Assembly (NCBI GenBank): GCA_050015075.1
Contig: JBEKCB010000005.1
Span: forward strand, 32,001-96,000
Direction of reading: 5' to 3'
Source: Candidatus Brocadiia bacterium
GTDB lineage: Bacteria; Planctomycetota; Brocadiia; CAIUPP01
Length of the DNA: 64,000 nt
Positions 28,245-36,923 of the stretch are shown one piece after another. Every line of letters begins with the position of its first letter. The first letter of the stretch is position 1. The position numbers and the translations under genes are program-made. The notes under the pieces are model-generated. The model had not been told where the DNA came from, did no database searches, and saw only the letters and a program-made list of their open reading frames with translations.

Positions 28245-28574
28245 GTGCACGACTGGACAGTGCAAGTGCGCAAAGGCCTGATCGAGCTGTGGCTGATGGG
28301 GCATCTCGCTCAAGGGCAGAGCTACGGCTATCAGTTAGGACAACTGATGTTCGAAGAGGGCGGCCAGGGAGTCCGATGGGGAACGATCTACCGGGTCCTG
28401 GCGAGACTCCGACGCGCGGGTTGGGTGACCGTCCATAAGGGCTATTCACCGCTCGGACCGGGCCGGAACTACTACCGGCTCAGCCCGGCCGGCGAACGGC
28501 GGCTGAAGCAGATGACGCTTTCCTGGCGGAGCCTGGCGCGCGCAATCGACAAGGCGCTCAAGGCCGGCGGCTGA
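28245..28574 (+). CDS. PadR-family transcriptional regulator
   Basis: QVRKGLIEL, SYGYQL, GTIYRVLARL, GPGRNYYRLSPAG; RBS AGGAGG before GTG 28245. Confidence 0.88.
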   Translation: MHDWTVQVRKGLIELWLMGHLAQGQSYGYQLGQLMFEEGGQGVRWGTIYRVLARLRRAGWVTVHKGYSPLGPGRNYYRLSPAGERRLKQMTLSWRSLARAIDKALKAGG

Positions 28575-28912
28575 GCCGTCGCCTTCGCCCGTGGCGGCGG
28601 ACAACTCGCGCCGAAGTCAGGCGACGACGCATAGCAACGAACTTGCGACGCAGTCGGAAGTCTCACGCTTAATGCGCTATATCGCCATAAGATATAGCCG
28701 ATTGGGCCGGCGAGGAAGTTATTGTTCCGGCGTTCCAACGACAACGCTGAAAATGTCAAGGCTGCTAGGAAAGGTTCGCAGGGCGCGCAATCATGCCCGC
28801 TGAGTTTTCAGTTGCCCTTCTTTCCCTCTTTGTTCCAGCCGAAGCCTGACCGACCATATTAAAGAACGAACGCATTCTGCAGCAAACACGAGGCGATAAA
28901 GAATACCCGAGC

Positions 28913-28985
28913 TCTAATATACAATTCCCAAATGCGGGGCCTCCGCCCTGATTTGGATATTGTAAATTCGGATTTGGAAATTGTC
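28913..28985. repeat. AT-rich heptamer-periodic inverted element (ATTTGGA-like) downstream of E2
   Basis: TCTAATA TACAATT CCCAAAT-GCGGGGCCTCCGC..-ATTTGGA TATTGTA AATTCGG ATTTGGA AATTGTC. Confidence 0.55.
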
Positions 28986-29014
28986 GAACGCTCTTGAGGC
29001 GTCGAATGACGGCC

Positions 29015-30562
29015 TCACCCCATCTCGAACTTCGCTGCTTCCAGCGTGGCGCGGATGTGCTGGAGGAACTGGATGGCGGTCTCGCCGTCTATGATGCGGT
29101 GGTCGTAGGAGAGGCAGAGGTTCATCATGTAGCGGATGACGATTTTCCCTTCGCGCGCGACCGGGGTTTCCGCGATGCGGCAAACGGCCAGGATGGCGGC
29201 TTCGGGCGGGTTGATGATCGGGGTCGAGAAGACGGTGCCGAAAACGCCCGGGTTCGTGATGGTGAAGGTACCGCCGCGGACTTCGTCGGCGGCGAGCTTG
29301 CCGGTGCGCGCGTGCTCCGCAACATCGCGGAGCCGCTCGGTCAGTTGGCGCACGCTCAGGTCGTCCGCGTTTCGGATGACCGGCACGACGAGACCGCCCT
29401 CGACTGAGACCGCGACGCCGAGATGAACCCGCTTGTGAAGGATGAGTTTCTCGCCGCCCCACGACGCGTTGACTGCAGGCGACGCCTTGAGCGCGGCGAC
29501 GGTCGCGTTCATGATGAACGGCATGTAGCTGAGCTTGAGGCCGGCCTTCTCGTACGATTCGCGGTGTTCCTTCCGGAGTTCCGCCAGCGGCGTCATGTCG
29601 GCCTCGATGGCCGTGGTCACGCGCGGGATGGTCTGGCTGCTTTGGACGAGCCGCGCGGCGATCCGGCGGCGGATCGGGCTGAGCGCTACGATTTCGTCTT
29701 CTTCGCTGGCGGCAGCCACGGGCGGTTCGGCGGGCTTGGCCGCCGGAATCGTGCCGGGTTCCTCCGCCGGAGCTGCGGCGGATTCGGCAGTCGCGGGAGA
29801 TTCAGTCTCGGCGGCTTCCTCGGCGCCGGCGGGCTCGGTGCTCTCCCGAGCTGCGGCGGCCTCCGGCGCTTCGGCGCCAGCGGGCTCGGCGCTTGGCGTG
29901 CCTTTTCTGGCGTTCAGTACGTCCTCGCGCGTGATGCGTCCTCCTTCGCCGGTGCCCTGGATTTGCGAGGGATCCAGCCCGAACTCGCTGGCGATACGCC
30001 GGGCGAGCGGCGTCATCTGCGGGCGAGGCGCCTGCGGCGGACGCGGCGTCGGCTTGGACGCGGGTTCGGCCTGCTTGCCCGCCGGACTTGTGGCGGCTTT
30101 ACCCGGCGGTTGTGTGACGGCTTTGCCCGCTGGAGGTGTCGCGGGCTTCTCCGCAGCAGGTGCGGCGGGCTTGCCTGGTGGTACCGGCGCGGGCTTTTTC
30201 GCAGCAGGTGTGACAGGCTTGGCCGCGGGACTCGTGGCGGCTGCCTTTGGGGCTCGCGTGACGGCCGGCTCGATTTTCCGCGGGGCGGACGAAGCGCCCT
30301 CGACCGAGAGGGCGGCCGCCTCGCTGGTGCTTTCGATGACGGCGATGCCGGCGCCGACTTTGACGGTCTGGCCTTCCGGGACGACGATCTCGCTCAAGGT
30401 GCCCGACGACGGCGCGGGAATTTCCACGGTCGCCTTGTCGGTCTTCACCTCGACGAGCGCCTCGTCGCGGCGCACGGCGTCGCCGGCGCGCTTGAGCCAG
30501 CGGATGACCTCGCCCTCGGAGACCGATTCGCCCAGTTGCGGCATAACGACGTTGATCTTCAT
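29015..30562 (-). CDS. 2-oxoacid dehydrogenase E2 (dihydrolipoamide acyltransferase)
   Basis: Lipoyl MPQLGESV..TDKA, peripheral-subunit-binding GTGEGGRITREDV, GGTFTITNPG, SYDHRIIDG. Confidence 0.93.
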   Translation of the reverse strand: MKINVVMPQLGESVSEGEVIRWLKRAGDAVRRDEALVEVKTDKATVEIPAPSSGTLSEIVVPEGQTVKVGAGIAVIESTSEAAALSVEGASSAPRKIEPAVTRAPKAAATSPAAKPVTPAAKKPAPVPPGKPAAPAAEKPATPPAGKAVTQPPGKAATSPAGKQAEPASKPTPRPPQAPRPQMTPLARRIASEFGLDPSQIQGTGEGGRITREDVLNARKGTPSAEPAGAEAPEAAAARESTEPAGAEEAAETESPATAESAAAPAEEPGTIPAAKPAEPPVAAASEEDEIVALSPIRRRIAARLVQSSQTIPRVTTAIEADMTPLAELRKEHRESYEKAGLKLSYMPFIMNATVAALKASPAVNASWGGEKLILHKRVHLGVAVSVEGGLVVPVIRNADDLSVRQLTERLRDVAEHARTGKLAADEVRGGTFTITNPGVFGTVFSTPIINPPEAAILAVCRIAETPVAREGKIVIRYMMNLCLSYDHRIIDGETAIQFLQHIRATLEAAKFEMG

Positions 30563-30598
30563 GGTTCATCGCCCCACATTATGCAGACAGCGCCCAGT

Positions 30599-31738
30599 CT
30601 ATTTGAACATCCGGTGCGCGGCTTCCGCGATGCGCTCAGGCGTCGGGAGCGCGAACTGCTCCAGCGGCGGGCTGAACGGAACGGGAATGTCGCGGCCGGC
30701 CACGCGCAGGATCGGCGCGTCGAGGTAGTCCATCGCCTTCTCGCCCAGGAGCGCCGCGATTTCGGCGCCGATGCCGCCGCGGCGCCAGTCCTCATGGACG
30801 ATCAGCGCGCGCGTCGTCCGGCGCACCGAGTCGAGGATCGTGTCCTCGTCGAGCGGAACCAGGCTGCGCAGGTCCACGACCTCGGCGTCAATGCCCTCCT
30901 TCACGAGCGTCTCCGCCGCCTGGAGCGCGTAGTAACTGCCGACGCCGTAGGCGATGATCGAGAGGTCGCGCCCGGGCCGGCGGATCGCCGCGGAGCCGAG
31001 CGGCACGATGTAGTCCTCCGCGGGCAGTTCCTCCTTCAGGCGGCGATAGAGATACTTGTACTCGAAGAAGAGCACCGGGTCGTCGTCGCGGATGGCGGCT
31101 TTGAGGAGTCCTTTGGCGTCGTACGGCGTGGCCGGCGCGACGATCTTCAGGCCGGGCGTGTGGAAGAACCACGCCTCGGGGTTCTGCGAGTGGAACATGC
31201 TGCCGTGCACGTTGCCGCCGGACGGGCAGCGCAGGACCCACGGGACGGAGAGTTTTCCGTTGTGGCGGTAGCGCATCGTCGCGGCCTGGTTGACGATCTG
31301 GTCGAAGGCGCAGGAGATGAAGTCGGCGAACTGCATTTCCGCGACGGGGCGCAGGCCGAGCGACGCCGCGCCGGTGGCCGCGCCGACGATCAGCGATTCC
31401 GCGATGGGCGTGTCTATGACGCGCTGCTCGCCGAACTCCTCGAAGAGTCCGTGCGTGACGCCGAATGCGCCGCCGTACGCGCCCACGTCCTCGCCGATGA
31501 TGAAGACGCAGGGGTCGCGCCGCATTTCCTCCTGGAGCGCCTGGCGGATCGCCTCAAGATAAGTGACCGCCTCGGGCTTAGCCGCCGCTTCGGCGTTCGG
31601 GGGCGTCTCATCACGCGCAGTACCCTGCGCGCTCTGGTCTAGCGCAGTATCCTGCGCGCGCTGGTCGCGCGCAGTACGCTGCGCGCTCTGGTCGCGCGCA
31701 GTACGCTGCGCGCTCTGGGGTCTCGCCGGTTCCGTCAT
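30599..31738 (-). CDS. 2-oxoacid dehydrogenase E1 beta subunit with N-terminal tandem-repeat extension
   Basis: GEDVGAYGG, DTPIAES, EMQFADF, HSQNPEAWF, VVDLRSL; ATGA overlap with E1 alpha. Confidence 0.93.
   Translation of the reverse strand: MTEPARPQSAQRTARDQSAQRTARDQRAQDTALDQSAQGTARDETPPNAEAAAKPEAVTYLEAIRQALQEEMRRDPCVFIIGEDVGAYGGAFGVTHGLFEEFGEQRVIDTPIAESLIVGAATGAASLGLRPVAEMQFADFISCAFDQIVNQAATMRYRHNGKLSVPWVLRCPSGGNVHGSMFHSQNPEAWFFHTPGLKIVAPATPYDAKGLLKAAIRDDDPVLFFEYKYLYRRLKEELPAEDYIVPLGSAAIRRPGRDLSIIAYGVGSYYALQAAETLVKEGIDAEVVDLRSLVPLDEDTILDSVRRTTRALIVHEDWRRGGIGAEIAALLGEKAMDYLDAPILRVAGRDIPVPFSPPLEQFALPTPERIAEAAHRMFK
31611..31718. repeat. 4 x 27-bp tandem repeat, each with an internal hairpin, inside the E1 beta 5' end
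   Basis: TCGCGCGCAGTACGCTGCGCGCTCTGG x2 identical plus 2 variants; encodes (QSAQRTARD)n. Confidence 0.9.
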
Positions 31739-32727
31739 GGCTCGCCTTCGGTGTAAAGATGGTCGAGCGCCTCGTGCGGCTCGGGGTACGGGCTTTTCTC
31801 GGCGAAGGCCACCGCTTCGTCCACCTCGCGGGTCGCGTCGGCGCGGTGCCGCTCGGCGATTTCGTCCGTGAGGACTTCCCGCTCGCGCAGGTAAAGCTCG
31901 TAACGCGGGATCGGGTCGCGGCTCTTCCACTCGAGGAACTCCTCGCTCTCGCGGTACGACGCGTCGTCATGCTCGGAGTGGCCGTGCCAGCGGTAGGTCT
32001 TGCACTCGATCAGCGTGGGGCCGAGCCAGTCGCGCGCGCGCTGGACCGCCTGGCAGGCGAGATGGCGCACGCTGAGCAGGTCATTGCCGCTGCACGTGTG
32101 GCCGGGCATTCCGTAGCCGGCGGCGCGCTCGGCGGCGTTCTCGACGGCCATCTGCTTGGCGACCGGGGTGGAATAGGCGAAGAAGTTGTTCTCGACCACG
32201 ATGATCAGCGGCAGCCGGTGGACGCCGGCGAAGTTCAGCGCCTCGTGGAAATCGCCGGTGCTCGTGCCGCCCTCGCCGATGTAGGCGACGGCGACGCAGT
32301 TCGTCCGCTTGAGCTTGAACGCCAGCGCGGCGCCGGCGGCGACCGGGATGGAGGAGCCGATCATGCTCGTCGAGCCGTAAACGCCCAGCGCCGGATCGCC
32401 GCTGTGAAGGTAGTCCACCTTGCCGCCGGAGAGGCCGTCGCTCTTGCCGAGAATCTGGGCCATGAGCGCCTTCGGCGCGATACCGCGCGTGAGCGCCACG
32501 CCGATGTCCCGATGGAGCGGGAAGACGGCGTCGCCTTCCCGCAGGTCGAAACTGGTGCCGACGGCGGTGGCTTCCTGCCCGATGCCGGAGAAGATGCCGC
32601 CGAGCACCTTGCCCTGGCGGTAGAGGATCGCGAGCCGCTCCTCGAAGGCGCGGCTCAGGAGCATGCAATAGTAGAGATCGAGCAGCGTGTCGGGCGAAGT
32701 GTCCGGCTTCGTGGCCGTCTTGGGCAC
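31735..32727 (-). CDS. 2-oxoacid dehydrogenase E1 alpha subunit (TPP; BCKDH-like GEG motif)
   Basis: GQEAT, GEGGTSTGDFHEALNFA..ENN, TYRWHGHSEHDD. Confidence 0.92.
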   Translation of the reverse strand: MPKTATKPDTSPDTLLDLYYCMLLSRAFEERLAILYRQGKVLGGIFSGIGQEATAVGTSFDLREGDAVFPLHRDIGVALTRGIAPKALMAQILGKSDGLSGGKVDYLHSGDPALGVYGSTSMIGSSIPVAAGAALAFKLKRTNCVAVAYIGEGGTSTGDFHEALNFAGVHRLPLIIVVENNFFAYSTPVAKQMAVENAAERAAGYGMPGHTCSGNDLLSVRHLACQAVQRARDWLGPTLIECKTYRWHGHSEHDDASYRESEEFLEWKSRDPIPRYELYLREREVLTDEIAERHRADATREVDEAVAFAEKSPYPEPHEALDHLYTEGEP

Positions 32728-32745
32728 GGCTGCTCCTCCGGTTCA

Positions 32746-32889
32746 TTACTCGTCGGGCGCGACGCCCTCGTCGGGTCCGACCAGCGTCATCGGTTCGCCG
32801 CAGCAGTAGAGCCTTCCGGGGCCGGTGCGCGTGACGCGGACTTCCTGCCCGCAGATTTCGCACCGGTAAAGTTCGCCTTCTTGCCCCAT
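32746..32889 (-). CDS. Desulforedoxin-type FeS4 protein (47 aa)
   Basis: Below the ORF-track cutoff. Manual translation MGQEGELYRCEICGQEVRVTRTGPGRLYCCGEPMTLVGPDEGVAPDE* has the YxCxxCG...CCGxxM signature; promoter TTGACA-17-TAGGAT at 32960-32932. Confidence 0.88.
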   Translation of the reverse strand: MGQEGELYRCEICGQEVRVTRTGPGRLYCCGEPMTLVGPDEGVAPDE

Positions 32890-33123
32890 GACGCCCTCGC
32901 TATCCGGGAAAAGGAATCGCCCGCGTCCATTATCCTATTGCCACGCGCCGGACATGTCAACGGCGGAAGCGCATGCGCAAAGTGAAAAGCGCCCCCATTT
33001 GGACAAGAAAGATGGCATTGGACATTTATTAATGTCCGCGAGGCTCGAATATCATACATAGTGTCAACGCCGGTGTGAGGATGCGTTGCACCCATTTGAT
33101 CCAGGGCGAAAGGAACGGCATTC

Positions 33124-34032
33124 ATGCCCGACTCACTGCAAGCTGCGGTCTTTTCAAGCGTTCGCTCCCTGCCGATGATGTCCAGCGCGGCGGTGAAAGT
33201 GCTCACGCTGCTCCGGGATCCGAACACGGATGCCGCGAGCTTCGAGCGAGCCATCCGGTACGACCCGAGCTTGACCGCCAACATTCTCAAGATGGCGAAC
33301 TCCGCGTACTTCGGATTCAACGGCAAAGTCGGTTCGATCCGGCAGGGCGTCGTCTTCCTGGGATGGAACCGCCTGTACCAACTGCTCGTGGCTTCGTCGG
33401 TCCATACCGTCATGGAACAGACGGTGGCCGGCTACGGTCTGCCCAAGGGCGAGTTGTGGCGGCATTCGGTGGCTACCGCGGTGGCCTCGGAGAATCTGAT
33501 GCGCCAGGCCGGCGCGCCCGTGATCGAGGAGAGCTTCACGGCGGCGCTGTTGCACGACGTCGGCAAGCTGGTCATTTCCGACTTCATCGTCGAGCGGCTC
33601 GGCCCGATCGAGGAGTTGATCCTGCAAGGAGTTCCGTTCGAGGCCGCCGAAAGGGAAGTCCTCGGCATAGACCACGCCGAGGCCGGCGCGCTGGTCCTGC
33701 GGAACTGGTCTTTCCCGGAGCCGCTGGTTCATGCCGTGCGCTGGCACCATTCGCCGGACGGCTCGGGTTCAACCTCGAAGGTCACGGACTTGGTTCACGT
33801 GGCGGATATTCTGTGCCTGAGGCTTGGCATCGGGCGGAGCAGAGATTACCTGAAGTTCAAAATCGAGGAAAGCTGCCTCCGCCGGCTGCGGCTGGAAGAC
33901 GAGGCCTTCGCGGCGACCACGGAGACCATCCAAAAGGACGCAGGGAACGTGCTGAAGTCGTTCAACCTCGACGGGCCCCAGGAAACGCAGACCGAAAACA
34001 AAGAAGTGCGAGTCACGAGTGATGAAGAATGA
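33124..34032 (+). CDS. HDOD domain protein
   Basis: DPSLTANILKMANSAYFG, LWRHS, ALLHDVGKLV, DHAEAG..W.FP..AVRWHH. Confidence 0.9.
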   Translation: MPDSLQAAVFSSVRSLPMMSSAAVKVLTLLRDPNTDAASFERAIRYDPSLTANILKMANSAYFGFNGKVGSIRQGVVFLGWNRLYQLLVASSVHTVMEQTVAGYGLPKGELWRHSVATAVASENLMRQAGAPVIEESFTAALLHDVGKLVISDFIVERLGPIEELILQGVPFEAAEREVLGIDHAEAGALVLRNWSFPEPLVHAVRWHHSPDGSGSTSKVTDLVHVADILCLRLGIGRSRDYLKFKIEESCLRRLRLEDEAFAATTETIQKDAGNVLKSFNLDGPQETQTENKEVRVTSDEE

Positions 34033-34069
34033 AGCGCTTCTTCATTCGTCATTCGCACTTCGGACTTCC
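34003..34069. repeat. Heptamer-periodic palindromic element, family A, copy 3
   Basis: GAAGTGC GAGTCAC GAGTGAT GAAGAAT GAAGCGCTTC TTCATTC GTCATTC GCACTTC GGACTTC; contains the HDOD stop. Confidence 0.8.
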
Positions 34070-34071
34070 AG

Positions 34072-35130
34072 TCACGCCAGCAACTTGATCCGCGTGGAGA
34101 CGTAGTCGAGGCTGTCTTCCTTCAGCGGCACGCGGAAAAAGCCCGTGTCGCCGAGCGGTTCGGGCTGGTAGCCGTTGAAGTTGAAGTACTTCGTGGTCCG
34201 GCCCTGGTCGAACCAGAAGACCAGCGCGATGTTGCCGCCGGTGATCTCCAGCGCGGTGATGCCGCGCTTGCCCGTCGCGCAGCCGCTGTTGAACAGGCAC
34301 GGCACCAGCCGCCCCGAATCGTACAGGCTGCTGCGCGAACCGTTCTTCCGGTCCTTCGTGAGCGTGTACTGGAGATCCTGCTGGTACGCGCGGATCTTCT
34401 GCTCGAGGAATGCCTTCCCCGCCGCATCGGCCGCCGGGTAGCTGCGGCAGAGGCTTTCGATCTGGAACTTCAGGTAGTCAATCCGCGAGAGCGATTCAAA
34501 GAGCGGCCGGTGCGTATGGCCGATGACCGCCATGATCCGATGGCTCTTCGCGAACTCGTAAATGCGCTTCTCCGTCCGGTATTTCCGCGCTTCGTCATAC
34601 GCCACGCTGCCGTTGCGGATTCCGAGCGGCGAGCCGAGACGCGTGAAGAATCCGCAGAGCCGATTGAACCGGTCCGGCAGAAATCCCGCCTGGTGGCCGT
34701 GCAGGACAAGAATCTCCTGCTCCGCGAACCGCAGCCGCAGCGCCGGATACAGCGGCAACCGCTGAAAACTCGCGTTGCGCGCCGCAAGGTCGGCGTCGTG
34801 GTTGCCGACGATCTTGTAGAGCGCGGTCGCGCGCCGGAAAGAGTCGAAGAGCCGGTAGAGATCGCCGCACTGCTCCATCACCGCGCGCAGGGGGAACTTG
34901 TAGAGATCCTCGATATCGCCGTTCAGCACGAGCTTGAATCGGCGCTGGAGGTAGTGCTCGCGCAGGACGGCCCGGAAGAGCGCCGTGTTGTGGACGAATT
35001 CGTCGCGCGAGCTGCCGTCGCCGAGGTGCAGGTCGCTGAAGATCACGAACCGGTCGTCGCGCTCGCACGGGACGACGGCGGATTCGCGAAGCAGCCGGTC
35101 GAGCCTGCGCAAGGCATGTGCGTGCGTCAT
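34072..35130 (-). CDS. Calcineurin-like metallophosphoesterase
   Basis: SDLHLG, NGDIED, GNHD, HGH and GHTH motifs. Confidence 0.85.
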   Translation of the reverse strand: MTHAHALRRLDRLLRESAVVPCERDDRFVIFSDLHLGDGSSRDEFVHNTALFRAVLREHYLQRRFKLVLNGDIEDLYKFPLRAVMEQCGDLYRLFDSFRRATALYKIVGNHDADLAARNASFQRLPLYPALRLRFAEQEILVLHGHQAGFLPDRFNRLCGFFTRLGSPLGIRNGSVAYDEARKYRTEKRIYEFAKSHRIMAVIGHTHRPLFESLSRIDYLKFQIESLCRSYPAADAAGKAFLEQKIRAYQQDLQYTLTKDRKNGSRSSLYDSGRLVPCLFNSGCATGKRGITALEITGGNIALVFWFDQGRTTKYFNFNGYQPEPLGDTGFFRVPLKEDSLDYVSTRIKLLA

Positions 35131-35345
35131 CGCCGCGCCCTCCGCCGGCCGCACGCGCTGGAAACCGGTCCTCCGCTTAGGTTTGTGCTTTGCCTCATCT
35201 ATCCTATTATCGCCTGTACGGGTTACCGCCGCGCGATGAGGAAGTTAGTTTCCGGTTCGCGCGAAGAAAGATGCCACGGGGTCGGCGTGATGCGTATCAG
35301 GTTGTGGCTACATGAGTTAGCGAAGACCTTGGGCTGGGCGGAACA

Positions 35346-36563
35346 TCACGGCTGGACGATTTCGTTGATCGCGAACGCGCCGAGTTTCGGCAGACGCGCG
35401 AAGGCGGATTCGGCGGCGCGGCGCCAGGCGCCGTTGGCGCGCTGGGCCAGGAGCCAGGCGCCGGCGGACTCGGCGCCGGGAAGATCGAGCGCGGCGGAGT
35501 TCTCGATGAGGTAGGCGCGGTTCTTGAACTCGTGCTTGCCGACCGGCGGCAGCAGGACTTGCGGGATACCGAGCGCGGCGTAGAAAACCAGTTCGCCCGG
35601 CTTGGTGATGAGCAGATCGCTCTCGCGCAGCGCCCGGTTGAAGAGCGCGAACGCTTCGAGGAGATCGGGCGAGTAGAGGATGGTTACGCCCTCGGCGTCA
35701 CGCGCGTTCAGGGCGGCCAGGTGCGATTCGATCTCCGCTTTGGCCTTGCGGTTGTCTCCGGCGGCGATGCGCAGCGTCAGCTTTCCGCTCCGCAGTTCCG
35801 GGAGCAGTTCGCGGATGAGCGTCTTGAGGAGATTGAGGTAGCAGCCCGCGCCGCTGAGCGCGAAGACCAGCCGCAGCGGCGAATCGCTCTGCGGCGACAG
35901 GCGTTCCAGCCGCGCGCGGACATCGGACTGCAGCACGTCCAGGTCCCTTCCGCCCGTGTTTGCGACGGGCAGCGGAAACCCGGTCACGGCGATCCGTTCG
36001 GGCATGACGCCGTACGAGATCAGCCGGTCGGCGCCCGCCGCGGTCGGGACCAGGTATGTCACGTCGCCGTCGTTCGGCTTGATCGGCGCCCAGACCCGGT
36101 GAAAATCCGCGTCGCACAGCAACTGGTAGTCTTTTCCGGGGAAGCGGTTATAGACGCATGCGAGGCCCGGCAGGAAGAACGTGTGCAGCCTCGGCGGACA
36201 CACTCGACCGGCGGGTTCGCCATCTGAAGGGCTTGCAAGCCGGCGCAGCCCGCGGCAGACTCCCGTCCGGACGAGAAAACGTATCAGCGTCGAATACTGC
36301 ATCGAGGCGCGTTTCGAATCGTCCGGGATGTCCTCGATCCGCTCCAGCACGCGGAACAGGAACCGCAGGCGCGTCTCCACCGTGCGCGAGACGACGTGGT
36401 ACAGGTCCTGCGACGATTTCCAGACCAGGATGTCCGCCAGATTCACGAACGGCGGCAGGTCCACGCGGACGAGCCGCCCGCGGCCCAGCCCGGCGACGTT
36501 ATCCGCCGCCCGGAGATGTCCGTAGCCCATCAGCACGGTAGTGATGTAAAACTCGGGGCTCAT
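35346..36563 (-). CDS. GT-B fold glycosyltransferase-like protein (MGDG synthase/UgtP-like)
   Basis: MGYGHLRAA at the N-terminus; VTGFP; SDLLITKPGE...GIP..LPPVGKHEFKN at the C-terminus. Confidence 0.65.
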   Translation of the reverse strand: MSPEFYITTVLMGYGHLRAADNVAGLGRGRLVRVDLPPFVNLADILVWKSSQDLYHVVSRTVETRLRFLFRVLERIEDIPDDSKRASMQYSTLIRFLVRTGVCRGLRRLASPSDGEPAGRVCPPRLHTFFLPGLACVYNRFPGKDYQLLCDADFHRVWAPIKPNDGDVTYLVPTAAGADRLISYGVMPERIAVTGFPLPVANTGGRDLDVLQSDVRARLERLSPQSDSPLRLVFALSGAGCYLNLLKTLIRELLPELRSGKLTLRIAAGDNRKAKAEIESHLAALNARDAEGVTILYSPDLLEAFALFNRALRESDLLITKPGELVFYAALGIPQVLLPPVGKHEFKNRAYLIENSAALDLPGAESAGAWLLAQRANGAWRRAAESAFARLPKLGAFAINEIVQP

Positions 36564-36923
36564 TTACGGCTTTGTTTATGCCAAAGAGAACGCCGAAGCG
36601 CAAGCTCGACGCAACGGCGCCGCCGTCGCAGCGCCATTTCAAAGCCGCAATGGCTGGCCATCCAGGTCCTACGACAAGCCGCTCCGAAGCCTCGACCCAA
36701 TCAGGCGCGCGAGGGGCGCGCGTGGGCGTATCATCTTCCAGAACAGCCGCAAAAAAGGCTTGACAGCAGGCATCTTGAGTTTAGAATAAACTGCTGTGGG
36801 CAAATGGCACATAGGCCATGGGGCGGAACGGGGAAAACTGGCGCATTATATTTCCGTAATAACTCTCTCCTGAATGCCCCCGGAATAACCTATGGTGACG
36901 TAACGACAAGAAGGAGATGAACG

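Noticed and set aside
30050-30260. Approximately 8-aa periodic Pro/Ala/Lys repeats in E2
   Set aside because: Ordinary flexible linker between the lipoyl and subunit-binding domains.
31611-31718. Possible CRISPR array (27-bp palindromic repeats)
   Set aside because: Units are directly adjacent with no unique spacers, lie in frame in a CDS, and no cas genes are present.
36205-36245. Possible third in-frame mini-insertion (ASPSDGEPAGRV) in the GT-B protein
   Set aside because: Only a weak resemblance to the CCTGAGC..CGAAGG element and no flanking duplication; it needs a homologue alignment.
36790-36850. c-di-GMP-I riboswitch-like start (GGGCAAA + short stem) upstream of DUF899
   Set aside because: No GNRA tetraloop or GACGCAAA junction, and no convincing P3 stem.
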